A stretch of 58,973 nt of DNA, filler included, from Sphacelaria rigidula (GCA_964200075.2; 7 parts of 7 records of this genome joined end to end with filler, not necessarily neighbours in it), one strand, 5' to 3'; positions 39,881 through 52,430 are shown, counted from the whole stretch's first letter. Made by a program: numbers and translations. The notes: generated by a model not told the origin, from the letters alone.

Positions 39881-40355
39881 CAGTTAGGCCAACACTGATG
39901 GAAGTCGTTCAAACTTCCTGTTGACAACTGCCTTTTGGGCCCTTCTCAGTCGATTTACGCCCGAAAAGAGGGCTAGGCGGATGTTGACGCCTTGGGATGA
40001 CTTGCTCTACTCATTGAGACCGTTCCAGGGCAACTTTTCTTTTCCCGTTGGCCGCACTTTTGTTTTTGGCCAAACCAGGTCAAACATGGGCAGTAAAAAA
40101 CGGTCAGGTGATCAAAACGTCTCTGTTCTTTCATCGCCTGACCGTTTTTCATTGAAAATCCGTGTTTGATCAAAAATAAAAGCGCAGCCAGCTGGAAATG
40201 CAAAGTTGCCCTGGAACGGTGTCAATGAGTAGAGTAAGTCATTTCAAGGCGTCAATATCCGCCTAGCCCTCTTTTCCGGCGGAAAGCGACGGAGAAGCGC
40301 CAAGGTAGTTTGAGACAGGAATTTTGAACAGCTCCCATTAGAGTTGGTCTTACTG
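39881..40355. mobile_element. Foldback MITE with ~195-bp arms
   Basis: Ends CAGTTAGGCCAAC / GTTGGTCTTACTG; arm blocks GAAAAGAGGGCTAGGCGGAT/ATCCGCCTAGCCCTCTTTTC and CCGTTCCAGGGCAACTTT/AAAGTTGCCCTGGAACGG. Confidence 0.85.
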
Positions 40356-40387
40356 AAAAGAAATCCTACTCTCATCAGCAGAGGTAA

Positions 40388-40586
40388 CCCTTACACGGCG
40401 AGAGTAGGTCATCTGTTGAATCGGTACAATTTCGTTTGAAAAAACTTTGCATGATCCAGACGGACCAACCTCGCGGGCCAAGGGTTAACCCTTAGACCGC
40501 GAGGTTAGTCTTCTGTTGAAGCGGCATCAATTTCAAGTGAAAAAAAGTATGCATGATCCATAAAGACTAATCTCGCGGTCTAAGGG
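40388..40586. mobile_element. Two tandem piggyBac-like MITEs sharing one TTAA
   Basis: GTAA|CCCTT...AAGGG|TTAA|CCCTTAGACCGCGAG...CTCGCGGTCTAAGGG|TTAA; units 40388-40484 and 40489-40586. Confidence 0.8.
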
Positions 40587-41030
40587 TTAACCGGCGTTGG
40601 ACTGCGCTATGTTCATGGTTGATATCATTTGATTTGAGTCTGAGCAACAACAATCGGATTATGAGTGGGGCTGACAGTCCCATGTGCTCCCTGCATGCGC
40701 ACAACGCATTTTCGTTCACATCGGCGCCTGCGGCGCCGATGTGGGGTTACCAAGGCCGCACTTTGCCTGGGGAACACGATGCATCTCTTTGCCGAGGGTT
40801 CTCGGTATGCCTTGAGTTGGGGTAAGGGATATAGGGGTAACGATAGTTTTAAAATGCGTCAACCATGGACATTTTGTAGCCCAACGTCGGTTAATCCATC
40901 TCCTTGAGTGGGGCCCGATTAGCATCTCTAACTGTATCGCTCATTTTTTATACGACCTTTTGCCTGCTAGCGTAGGTCATCTGTTGAATCGACCATCTTC
41001 ATCTGAAAGATCACCTGTAGACCGAGATAT

Positions 41031-41466
41031 GACCAACTTTTATGGCAACGAATCTCGATTTGTACAAATATGAGGATTTCAGCCCGTCTACAGGCGATCT
41101 TCTCCCGTGGATTGATTTTTCGGACCCCAATCCGTGGGGCAATGTTTTTCGGCTAGCTGTGAGAAACCAAATCAATTCTCCGATTTTCCGGGCGTTGACT
41201 TTCGATACTTCACCCTTCTGCTGAAATCGAGACACTCCCGCATTCGGTGGAGATGCGGGGGTGTCCCGGTTTGGGCAGAGAGGTGGTAAACCAAAAGTCA
41301 ACGTCCAGAGAATCGATGAACTGATCTGGTTTGCTTACAGCTAGCCGAAAAATATTGTCCAACGGACTGGGGCCCGAAAGATCAATCCGCCGGAGAAGAT
41401 CGTCTGTAGACGGACTGAAATCCTCATGTCTGTACAAATCAAGATTCGTTGCCATAAAAGCTGGTC
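41031..41466. mobile_element. Near-continuous 436-bp palindrome (foldback element)
   Basis: GACCAACTTTTATGGCAACGAATCT ... AGATTCGTTGCCATAAAAGCTGGTC; arms meet at a 9-nt loop (41244-41252). An end fragment also occurs at ~31957-31990. Confidence 0.9.
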
Positions 41467-43284
41467 TAACCTCCCCCCTGGCGGTCAAAGGGGTAATTTT
41501 CTAGATATTCATTGGGCCACCGTACAGCAGAAAAATCGCGATTCTGGACAAATATGCTCGATAACACCACCCGAAAACGGGGTTTTACTCTGTGTTGCCC
41601 GGGGGACACAACTCCAACGTTTTTGGGACCGCACCCTCACTACCGCAGGGTTGACCCTGTGCTGGTGAAATAATAAAGAATGAGTCTTCTTCGAGCGACC
41701 TGCCCAATCACGGCGAGGCGAAATTTATCGACCAGACCCGAACGACCAGCGCGGGGATTGTTGTCGAGTGTGATGCCAGTGCAAAGATCGTGTGGGGGTC
41801 CTATCCCTGCCCCAGATAAGCCTCCCCAGGTTTCCAAGTGTAGGGTGGTCGCAGCTTGGTTTCATTGTATTACTTGCATTCAGTGTAGCGTTCCCGAGTT
41901 TTTCCGGGGTGTTTCTGGGGTCGCAATTATATACTATAACGTAGTAATTAACACCAACACAGGGTGGGCCGGAAAAAAACGGGAAGGAGTGTACATGCTA
42001 CAATGTGGTCATTTTCACGAGGCACTAAAACCAGGTGGGCCATGGAAAGACAAAAGGAGCTACCGTCACCAATTCTGCCTATCCCTCTGCCGATGANNNN
42101 NNNNNNNNNNNNNNNNNNNNNNNNNNNNNNNNNNNNNNNNTTAATTAATTAANNNNNNNNNNNNNNNNNNNNNNNNNNNNNNNNNNNNNNNNNNNNCTGG
42201 TTCACGCTGTGCCGTCCCTCCCCAACTCCCCCGCACCTACCCACCAGTCTCGCGTCTCCCCCCCCCCCCCCCCCCCCCTCCCCCGCCTCCCGGGATTGCC
42301 CCCTGAGTTGACGCCGTGCGGGAGTGCTGATCCAATCCGCGAGACCAAAAAGCAAGACGTGTATTGGGGAGAGATGAGACAATCCCTTGAGACCACACAC
42401 TCGTCCCGAGAAAGGGGTGGGGTTCAAAGTGCGACAAATACGAATAAAAAGTGATGGAAAAAATAATGAACGAACAGAACAGGATTTCGCCTACACTATA
42501 GCTCTGAAACGACAATGTTTCGCGGAATGAGAAGTTCGCCGCTTTTCTTCTCGCCTCGGGAGTCACGCGTTCAAAACACTTCGCGAAAATACGGGGTGTT
42601 GTTTTTCTCACGCAAAAAAAAATCAAAGCAACACAAGAAAAACTAATACAAAGAGCGCCAATTGGGAGACGCGCTGCCCAGCTCGTGTCAGCAAGGGGAC
42701 GAGAGAAGGGGCCACGTGCAGTTCTCGCACAAACTCTACCGTGGCTTCAAGATACCTTCCCTTACGAAACTGTGAATTGACCCCTGGCTTTCGTTTTACC
42801 ACTCTCGTACTTGACCCTAATCCTACTAGGGAGGCCGGAATGCGTCGTCGATATCTTGCCTGTCACGTGTCAAAGTTTCAAGTTGTCGCGGAAATCCGTC
42901 GGCGAGTATCTTGCATATCACGTCAGAGTTTCAAGTAGTAACTCGGAAGAGTGAACTGGGCATGGGCGATATTGGGAAATCCCCGAGCTCCTAGAATCAG
43001 CCGTTTTTTTCCTCAAACGAGAGTGAAATATTGAAAAATGCCTCGCATGAAACGGCGCGCGAAAAACCTGCCTGAAACAGCCCCAAATTACTTCTCCGAA
43101 AAGTGATAAATCTCGTAGCACAAAAATGAGGCCTCATATATCTGGGATTACAGACTAATGTGCGGAAATAATAATAATAATAATAATAATAAACAGGGGA
43201 TATTATCAGCACATGACAAGCCGGCCGTTATCAGTGGTTAATGCTAACCCCGCGCGCCAACTTCATGGTTTCAAGTCTTTTCAT

Positions 43285-43560
43285 GCCGCCGCGCCGCGGT
43301 GGTGTAGTGGAACAACGGACCCCACTAGGATGGAAATAACGCGGGTTTGATCCCCCCAGATGCATTTGGCTCGTTTCTCAGATTTGATTTCCGCAGTTGA
43401 CAGCGAGAGGACGTGAATCGCACGCGGTGCGGGAGGGTTGGTCATGATCCAATCCGCGACACCAAAATGCAATACGTGTACTGGGGGACAGATGGGTTGT
43501 GATCCCTTGATACCACGGATTCGTTTCGAGGGAGGGAAGACGGGCGTGAACTTGAACAAG
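43285..43560 (+). mobile_element. tRNA-derived SINE family 2
   Basis: A-box-like TGGTGTAGTGG, B-box-like GGTTTGATCC, body GATCCAATCCGCGA.ACCAAAA...ATCCCTTGA.ACCAC. Copies at 53930-54215(-), 56455-56770, and partial at 42305-42430 and ~3020-3080. Confidence 0.7.
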
Positions 43561-44049
43561 AAAATAAAAACATGACTCACAGTCCCAAGGGCTCGCCTAC
43601 ACTAGCGTGGTCAACACGCGTTGTGGGTCAAATCGGCGCCACATCGGCCGATTCGTGCTCTGCGAATGCCCACTTCACTTACGGCATCGTATGTACCTAC
43701 CCCCTTGCCTGAGGAATCGCGAGGGGGCCCATATCGGGAAATCCATGCACCACCCCCTCTTTCGCCGCACAAACCTCATTCGGGGGTTGGAGGGGGGGTA
43801 CCCAATTTCACAGGGGGGGGGTCCCCGTGATCGCTGGACGATGGCAATAGTAGTTGCTGCACTGCACCGCACGTGTTTGCCGGTCATTTCGGCCTGCGCA
43901 GGGTGTACCGAAACGGTAGGTGGTAGGGGTAAGTCGAAGCAAGAAGAGAAGAAGATGTCCGCAGAAGCAAGAAGTGAAGATCAAAGCGCTGAGGGTACCG
44001 GCGCTGAAAATGTGCCGCAGATTGCAGGAGTCTTGCAAGGGGTGAACGT

Positions 44050-44746
44050 AACTTGGGTGCTTGCCTTTATTTTTTTTCGCGAGAGGGGTACAGCAGTCCC
44101 TTTCCCTCGTCCGCCGTGAAGTCAAATTTTGTAGGGCTATACGCGTTACACGTTCACGTTCACGTTACGTTCATCATGTAAAAAAAAAATGTTCACGTTA
44201 CGAGATGTGTGTCACGTGAAAAATATATAGCGTTACGTTCACGTTACCTTTGAAATTTGAACGTTACGTTCATCACGTAAAAAAAACTTGACGTTCACGT
44301 TACGTTTCGGCCAACACGTAACGTGAACGTAACGTGTAACGCTCTGGCACGTGTAACGTGTATGGCCCTCGCTATACATGTACACGTTCACGTTTACGTT
44401 ACATTCATCACGTGAAGAAAATTACCGTTCAAGTTACGTGACGTATGTCACGTAAAAAAAAATACCGTTACGTTAACGTCACATTTGAAAATTTAACGTT
44501 ACGTTCATCACATGAAAAAAAATTGACGTTTACGTTATGTTTCGGCCAAACGCAACGTGAACGTAGCGTGTAACGCTATGGCACGTATAACGTGTTTATC
44601 CCTGAAATTGTGTGTACCCACGACATAGTCGCTCTCCAATGTGCGCATGGTGTGAGAAAAAAGTCCAAGATCCCTCCGGGATTTGAACCCACGACCCAAC
44701 CGTCAGAAGGTTTTGAGTTATCAACTGAGCCACTGGGGAGACCGGC
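44050..44746 (-). mobile_element. tRNA-derived SINE family 1, interrupted by a hAT-like MITE
   Basis: A box TGGCTCAGTTGA and B box GGTTCAAATCC. The body resumes after the insertion and matches the uninterrupted copy at 25600-25720. Confidence 0.8.
44132..44604. mobile_element. Dimeric ACGT-rich hAT-like MITE with 8-bp TSD
   Basis: Termini TAGGG...CCCTG; flanks AAATTTTG / AAATTGTG (7 of 8 match); two ~235-bp subunits (44132-44369 and 44371-44604). Confidence 0.8.
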
Positions 44747-45789
44747 TTTGTTGGATACTCTCAATCGCAATTCCATGTCCATAACATTCCCCTCTGCAAC
44801 CTCTCTCTCTCTCTTGCGTCGCAATGCCGTATGAATTGCGATATGTAGATACGTATACGCGTGGTATAAACACGGCTGTCTGCCCAAACGCGGGGAAAGT
44901 ACGTGATCATCTGCAACTCAAACAATGTGCACGTTTATAATATCAGAATGTTGTCGTGTCTGCTCGTAACACCGTACAGTCAACTAACTTACTGCATGTA
45001 CATTTTAGTCATTCAGTGCGAGTACAGAACTGTTCGTCGCACACCGCCCTCCTTCGCATGGCGCCAGTATCGCCACAAGAACAGCCGATACACCAAAACT
45101 CCTCGGCTTTGGGCTGCTCACATTGAGGCTAACCCGGAGATATTTATACATTCGTTCATTTCTGTATACTAGCGGGACGAATATGGCGGACTAGATTCCG
45201 AAATGTGCCACAACAGTGACGTCGGAACTTGTGCCGCTAGGACCATGTTGTCGAGGTTTCCGTATAAATGAAGTAAATTGGTAATGATAGGTGTTGTATG
45301 TCGAGAAACATCGGTTGAAATTGTTGTCAAGAGGGGGGTGATATTGCCCGTAATCTCCTCGTAAACAGGTGGATATTGGAACGATAGTTGAATGTACAGT
45401 AGATTCAACAGTAGCGTATTTCGGAACACTATTATTCAAATTACTGCGGGCAGACGACATGTCACTTGTGACTTCTTGCGTTGCAACAGTACAGTGGGTA
45501 AGTTGGGACGGGCTACACTCGCTGGTTGATGAGTGGAGAGCAAAACAACTTGCTGCACACATGTATGATTGCACATCATGATGAAGACCCTGTAGAGGGA
45601 CGGGTGCAGCTTCCTGTTTCTACGTATCATGGAGCAAATTGCACGCGGTAAGGCGGTGCTAGATGCCGCATGCATATGGTGTGGAAGGACCATGCATATG
45701 ATGTGGAAGGACGGGTACGCAGATGATCAACAGAAGATAACTGAGGGCATGACACTATGCAGTACACTACGCAATGTGCTGTACTTCAC

Positions 45790-46008
45790 CTGCTGACATG
45801 CCTTGAACATTCCATCAACAAACAATAGCTCTGCTTCTGTGTGCATCCAAGCATGCCCTTGTGCTAGGCGGCGAGCTTCGTCTACGGCATTTGAACGATC
45901 ACCGTTAGATACACTAGACAACGGCAGCGCACACCCATCAGCAGAAGCTGAAGCTCGAGAGCTTTTCGGATCATAACGCCCGCTTTGCTTTTGCAGCTCT
46001 GCTCCCAT
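45790..46008 (-). CDS. Possible first exon of an unidentified gene divergent from ECO1
   Basis: ATG-initiated 73 codons (MGAELQKQSG...) ending at CAG|gtgaag; no downstream exon or family found. Confidence 0.3.
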
Positions 46009-47361
46009 TTCGGCCTCGTCCCAGCCACGTCTACAGGAAAACGAAACCGCTCTACGGTTGGAGCTCTGTCTGAGCTACTGTTTTTCGTACACGGATTTGG
46101 TCATATATATCAAGATCAATTCCCGTCAGTCATACGGGCGAAGATACGATCCAAGTTTCGAACTTTCGTTTCAATACGAGAGGTGTATCGTCCCGTTCTT
46201 CACAGTGTAGTATATTTTTCATAAGTGACATCTTTCTCTCGAAAAACAGTGCTTAAAAAGCGCACACCCACAAGAAAGAGGAGCTAGATATTTAATGCCC
46301 CATTCGATCCGTCAGGCAGATTTTTAAGAATCAAGATGACGGGAACTGACGAAGGTATGAGCCGAATGTAGGTAGCTAAAAGATGATGTCAAAATTCAAA
46401 TTTGACAAGGTTGCCTGTCTTTGCCACACTTCCTTCATTACTTGTGTATCCGCTGGTACCGGCGACGCCGTTATTGCTGTCCGTGTTACGCTGGCGGCAG
46501 CTCCTGCTCCTGGTCAAGTGAGTATGAGCACCAACCATGGGAACACAAGCTGTTGCCTTTTCACTGTTTCAACTCGCGAAGTGTTCCTTGAAAAAGCGAA
46601 GAGAGTTAATCACTTCAAACATGCACAACAGCACCCTTGTGAAGGCAACACGCCAGCAGGGTTGTGTTTCGAAAATGGCAGAGCTTCCACCGAGTGCGCC
46701 CGATATTTTTACGTTGATTGCGTTGATGTAGTGCAGCAATGATCCAGAATAGAGCGCTGCATATCATACCTGCTCGAGGCCAAAAAATGTGTTTATGTAG
46801 TACGTTATTGAATCGAGTGTTTTGTCCTTTTCAATAATCTGTGGTCTGCACCTCCATACGCTATACGAGTACAAGGTCTCCGCATATAAACGTCGAACGT
46901 CTCTGCAGCACGACAAGTATATCTAGCAGGAACCCGGTCTTTACGAGTGTACTAATGTAGGTGTTGAACAGAGGAGATTGGGCAAAACCAAGCCCTTGCA
47001 AAGACTCACAAGGGCGACCACGAGGATACGCGCCGCTAGGCAGTACAGTCCAACGGACAGGAGAGGCGATTGGAGGATCCCACCGCTACATTCCAATATG
47101 CCTCGAAACTCGCCGTAAAAACACGATTTGCCTACACAAGACGAAAGTGTTCACCCGCACATCTGATGTGCACGTACAAGTTTAGGTGACACCTTTTGTG
47201 CTGAATGTAACAAACCGATGGTGTGGCTTTTGGGCGACCGTTCACATGCCCCAAATACACCTCGTGGTCCACTCACCAGACCTGCACAGTACATCAAACC
47301 TCGTTTTGCTCTCGTTGTCGTCCGCGATGTACACAGAAAGAGGAGGAAGCAGCGGGCGGTC

Positions 47362-50182
47362 ATGAAAACGTACGGGAGAAAGCGAAGCAGGCCCAATGGG
47401 CGCCGGGATGAGGCGTTGTTACTGTCACCATTGCTGCCTTTCCCGCCACGTGCCTCCGTCTCTACCGAGTCCACCACGCCGATAACCCCAGATGGCCTTG
47501 CTCGTGGTACTGCCACACTCGCTGCTACGCCATCCCCAGGCGAAAGACGAGCTCTGAAACCGGGCACTAGGGGCTGTGCGCCAGGCTCTGGTTCTGTGCC
47601 CACATCGCAAATGGGAGCAGGCAAGTTGGCAGCTATATCAAAAGAGCTTTGGGAATTATACTCCAGTGGTATCGAACGGCTGTTCTCTCCCATCATCCTC
47701 TGGAAGTAGATGGTGAAAACAGTTTTAGAAATATTGAGAATTAAGAGAAACAAGATTGTCGGATGAAATACGCCACGAGCACCTGGATATACTTGGAAGT
47801 ACTTTCTGATATATGACACTCCACCGCGCATCTTCTTCCCTTCCCTTGCCTGCCCGTCCGTATCCACTTACAATGAATTAACCCGAACTGCTCTGCGGCA
47901 GGATCAACGAGTCCCGCGGTCGCCGCGTCCGTCGAATTGTCGCGCAAAATGCCCACCCAATCAAAACTCTTCTTCACTCCAGCTCCCGCGTCTTCGCGCC
48001 CAACACCACCCCGCACTCCGAACACCATCACCAACAACAAAATTACTACTCCCAGCCCCGCTAGGAACGACACGGGCGCTACTTGTATCACAGCGTCAGC
48101 GGAACATCAAGAACAAGAACATGAGCAATACGACTCAGCAGGAGCAAGAGCAAAGAAGCGAGCGCGCCGGAAAACTATCCTCTCTTCCGTGTCCGTTTGT
48201 TCCCTGGCAGCGACCCCTCCTTCATCTTCCAAATCACTGGGTGCCTTGGGCGTGGAGAGGAGAGAATTCTGGGGCAACGATGAGAGTGTCGGGGGTGACT
48301 CATTGCTATTGGGCGTGAAAAGCAGCAGACCATGGAACGGACGAGTTGGAGGGAGTGGCACTGGCAAGCGGTAAGATGTTTTGGCGCTGTGGTTCGTGTC
48401 GTCGTTTTTTTACTACATGAACTAGTCACGGAAGCTTTCTCCGAAGCATCTTCCTCTAATCAAAGGCTTCAACATCAATCTCCCTAGTTAGGGATCGAGT
48501 AAAAATTGCCGGTATAGGGCGCCCGTACATCGCTCGAGGTTTCGAACACTCCACCGTCGTTTCTATTTGAGCGAGACGTATCAAACCGTTTTTCAAGTTG
48601 TCTCGTGATTGACTCGCCTTGACAGAAAGTCGTATCATCACCACGGAACAAATTAATCTGCTCAATCACCCAACCTATCAATCTAGGGGATAATTGACCT
48701 TTTGGGGATATTGACCCCTTGGTGTACAGAGGTTCAGTTCATCTGGGGTGAACCATGTTGAAGTTTGTTGTGTGGAACTAATTATTCCTTGAGCGTCGCG
48801 AGTGGGAAGGGGCTGGGGAAAGGGGGGGCACGGGTGTCAGTGTAAGAGAGAAGGGGAGGAAAATAGTACAGCTGTGGAATAAGACTCGATGTTTACAACC
48901 CACAAGCCGAGCATTGGGGCGTTCTCACGTGCGAGATAATCAGAGTGCGGTTCGCGACCAAATATTGAACTCGAGGGTTGCTGTGACTCACGGCTCATGA
49001 ATCGAAACGTAAATCATCTCTCAAGATTTTCACTTTCTCTCATTTCCACCCCATTTCCCCCCTTCCCCCCCTCTTATCCCTGGAATTGTTAGTCCTCCAT
49101 GATGCGATTTTAATTTAGAACACATATTATCGATTGATGAACCCTCTCTTTTGTCACACGGGCCCTGCTTCCAGACGGCAAGGTCCAGGAACCGGTGGAG
49201 GGAAGCGGACGCGATCATCCGTCGCGATGGGCGAGAAGAAGGGGTTCAACGCCCCAGCAACAGAAGCCGAAAGAATGAAGGGAAACGAGCAGACATTTCT
49301 CGATTTCGGCCAGAGAAGCCTTGGGAAAAGGGTGAGAACTTGAGATTATGTACTTGAGAGAACAGTTGAGGTTTCTTCCTGAGTAGAGAGATGCAATAGG
49401 AGCCCTGTTTATGGGTCACATGCAGCTGTGAACCCGAACCTCCCGTTTACGTATCCATGCATCAATCCATGAAAGGGCATCAACATTCCCCTTGTTTTAT
49501 CATCGCATCGAGTGTCGTCTCGCCGCGCGAATGAATACCTGCCCAGCGCGTGTTACGTTTGAGATATTACTTCGCGATATCCGACCAGACGAACCTGTTG
49601 TGCCGTCTTGTTGACTGGATTATGCACGAGAGAGTTGAGGTGCATCTTTTCGAGTTCGACGCGCTGGGCGCGCACCTCCTGTTGCTCCCACCATCTTTGT
49701 CCTTTACCCGCCCGCCGCCGAGTTAACGTGCATGTAGCGAAGTGCAGATCCTTGCTGTTGTGCTGTTGTCGAATCGCACTACTTTCATTTTTCCGCACTG
49801 CAATCATATTGCTCTTTTCTTGAAACCGTCATTTTCCATGGTATACGAGTAGGCGTCCTTCTTCGCTGCACTCGCGTTTTCCTCCACCCACTGTCAGCCT
49901 CGTCCGGCGAAAGCCTGGCGTGCTCCGTCCCTGCTTCGTAAGGATGCAAGGTCAAACATCATATGACTACGGCATGCAAGATCATGAGTACACCCTAGTG
50001 CCATGGGGACCTCATTGTCCCCCTCAACCCCTGTTTCATTTCGTCACGCTCTTGCTCCTTGCAAGATTTTGTGCCAGCTTTGCGACATGCTCTATGTTTG
50101 TGGGTCAGCGGAAGACGAGGCGAGACACGCCGCCACCTGTGCAAGGGCAGCGAGGGGTGTCGAGTTCTCCGGGTGGAAACAG
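47362..50182 (+). CDS. ECO1: Eco1/Ctf7/ESCO cohesin acetyltransferase, 5' exons (acetyltransferase domain lies beyond the contig end)
   Basis: Exons 47362-47668, 47902-48370, 49175-49331 (EQTFLDFGQRSLG) and 50066-50182 (CQLCDMLYVCGSAEDEARHAATC...GVEFSGWKQ). Phases 1, 2, 0 agree. QxxLDxGQ + CxxC-M-Y...EDExxH + F.GWK is the Eco1 signature. Start codon inferred. Confidence 0.88.
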
Positions 50183-50454
50183 GTAACTCACAGTGCTGCA
50201 GCGCCCCTTGTTTCCGCACCCCTCTGGTAGCGTTGCTATGGAGTCGAATTTCCTCGAGACTCAAGAAAGAGCCGTGGCTGATCAAAGAGCGGATGAACTT
50301 GTCGACAGATCTCGACGAGACGTTTCCAACGGCATATACATCAATTTATGCGTGTCTTGAGAAATCTAACTTGGAGAAAATTAATGGATCTTGAAAAAGC
50401 CACGGGATGGGACAACGAAGGATGCTTCAGTACTGGAATAGTCTTGCTGGATTT

Positions 50455-50493
<39 letters not shown>

Positions 50494-52199
50494 CGAGCGC
50501 GGGGGGCGTCCGGGGCGGGCGAGGCGCCACCACAANNNNNNNNNNNNNNNNNNNNNNNNNNNNNNNNNNNNNNNNNNNNTTAATTAATTAANNNNNNNNN
50601 NNNNNNNNNNNNNNNNNNNNNNNNNNNNNNNNNNNAAAACTGCTCCGTCTCGAAAGGGGTGCGTGGTCAATTGTCAAAAGAATAAGGCAAGCAAAAAATG
50701 AGTGCGCCCCCCCCCCCCCCCTTAAAAACTCGAATTTTCGATCTTGGTTCTCACGTATCCAGAAATATTTTCCTGGCAGACCCTTGGCTGCTACAGTAAC
50801 GCCAAATGCACCTAGGATTCGGTGTCTCTGCCTTTGACGGTCGGAATATGTGTCCTGTTCTCGATGAAGTCAGCATTGGGCCCGCGAGACTTCGGCCTAG
50901 ATTACCGCGGACTTGCCCCGCGGGATGAGCACCACGGACGTCAGTACGCGTGTTGAATGTTTAGTTCAGAGAATTAACAACAACCAGAGGGGTCTTTTGT
51001 GACACGCGAGGCTGGGGTTTCATTTCTGTTATGCTATGAGGGTTGGACGAGGAACGATATACTTCATGTTTTGACAAGTATCTGGGAATCGATCTACTAT
51101 ACTGAGCGTGGCGGCGGAAGTCGCCGAAAACCGCACGTGTACGTGCTTGAGATGTTTGACAGGGTGCATGGCGTCAAGGCAGAAACAAGTTGCTGTTGTG
51201 CTGTGTCGTAATGTGTTGCCCAGTTGTGGAACTTCACGCGGAAGTACACCCATTTTCGATTTCTGAGTGGCCGAACAAAAGCAAAAACGAAGCCCGCCTG
51301 ATGAGAGAGGGGAAACACAGGATAAAGGGTTTGTACAGGTAAGGCGGCAGACATGTTGCTATGAGCTGTAGGCTGCATGAAGTACCGTCTCCGTACGTTG
51401 TACGATAGGCCGAAAAATACCCACGTGCGGTCATAGGAAAAGGTCACTGCCCCACCGACAAAGCCGCACGCATGGTACAGTGCAGTGCAGTGCAGTGGAG
51501 GAGTTCAGGATAGATCCACGAGAGGGGGGTTGGGGTGGGCACAAAACAAAAATCCTCCGTCGGCAGGTGGGGTGGGGGGGTACATGAGCTGCAACACGCT
51601 TGTCCTGTATTGTGGGCCAACACCGCATTACTACTGTCTTTTGTATAGTCTAAATGCTTTCTGCAGCACAGCTCACAGCAACTTACACAAAAAAACACCA
51701 AACAGGGAGTAAAGACAGCCTACCGTGACAGTACTGTACCGTGAAGGGTCTACTGTACGTACAAGTACAACAGCAGTGCAGTCAGTACAAGGGTATATCG
51801 GTGATAACAGTCAGTACGGCACGGGGCACAAGACACAGAGCGGCTGTTCCGTTACAGATTTCAAATTTCGCTGCCGGTTTTGACATGTGTGACGTATCGT
51901 GCTGGCTGCGCCATTTGACCATGAATGCCACTCGAGACAAGCGCCACGGCTCCACCCGCAACAACGTTGGCTACGAGATAAGCAGTCACGTCTAAGGTCT
52001 TTTGACATATGCGTAGCACCAGAGTAGCTTGAAGCTGCTTGAGTGTTGTGCAGGAGTGACTAAAGTACAGCAGAGTTCAACCAGCGCCGAGAGGGGTGTT
52101 GCACAGGCGGTACAGTACACGGGACTGTCATTACCAACCAGGAGAGTTTTCCCGAATAGCAAAAAAAATAGGTAACCCAACGGCGATACACCAACACAC

Positions 52200-52430
52200 C
52201 TGGAGCGTGTAGAGGAAAAACGGGTCCAGCTCATCAGTGATCTCGAGATGCAGCACCCCCTCCCTCTGCACCCCCCCGCCTCCGCTCCCCATACCCGCGG
52301 AACTAGCTAGCCGTGTGCCCTGCAATACTCGTACTGTCAGCAGGACCGTCTTGTCGTGATCAGGAAATTTGACCTGAACCAATACTGCATCGTTGAATAA
52401 CGGCTTGTCTCGATCTAGCTCTTCGGACAT
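52200..52430 (-). CDS. SAS6: Centriole cartwheel protein SAS-6, first coding exon
   Basis: MSEELDRDKPLFNDAVLVQVK...VLHLEITDELDPFFLYTLQ|gtgtgt; TD..DPFFLY is characteristic of the SAS-6 head domain. Later exons not found. Confidence 0.85.

Larger units (their letters stand above)
38174..42096. mobile_element. Diverged ~490-bp inverted repeats (38174-38660 / 41615-42096) enclosing nested MITEs
   Basis: CATCGGCAGAGGGATAGGC... matches the reverse complement of ...GCCTATCCCTCTGCCGATG; inner landmark TGGTCGTTCGGGTCTGG/CCAGACCCGAACGACCA. Confidence 0.75.

Noticed and set aside
44670..44746. tRNA gene (also at ~33275, 43285, 54140 and 56455)
   Set aside because: A/B boxes are present but there is no complete cloverleaf or acceptor stem, and each is followed by a shared repeat body, so they are SINE heads.
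47151..48367. Minus-strand ORFs (238, 116 and 86 aa)
   Set aside because: Antisense to phase-consistent ECO1 exons; no recognisable domain.
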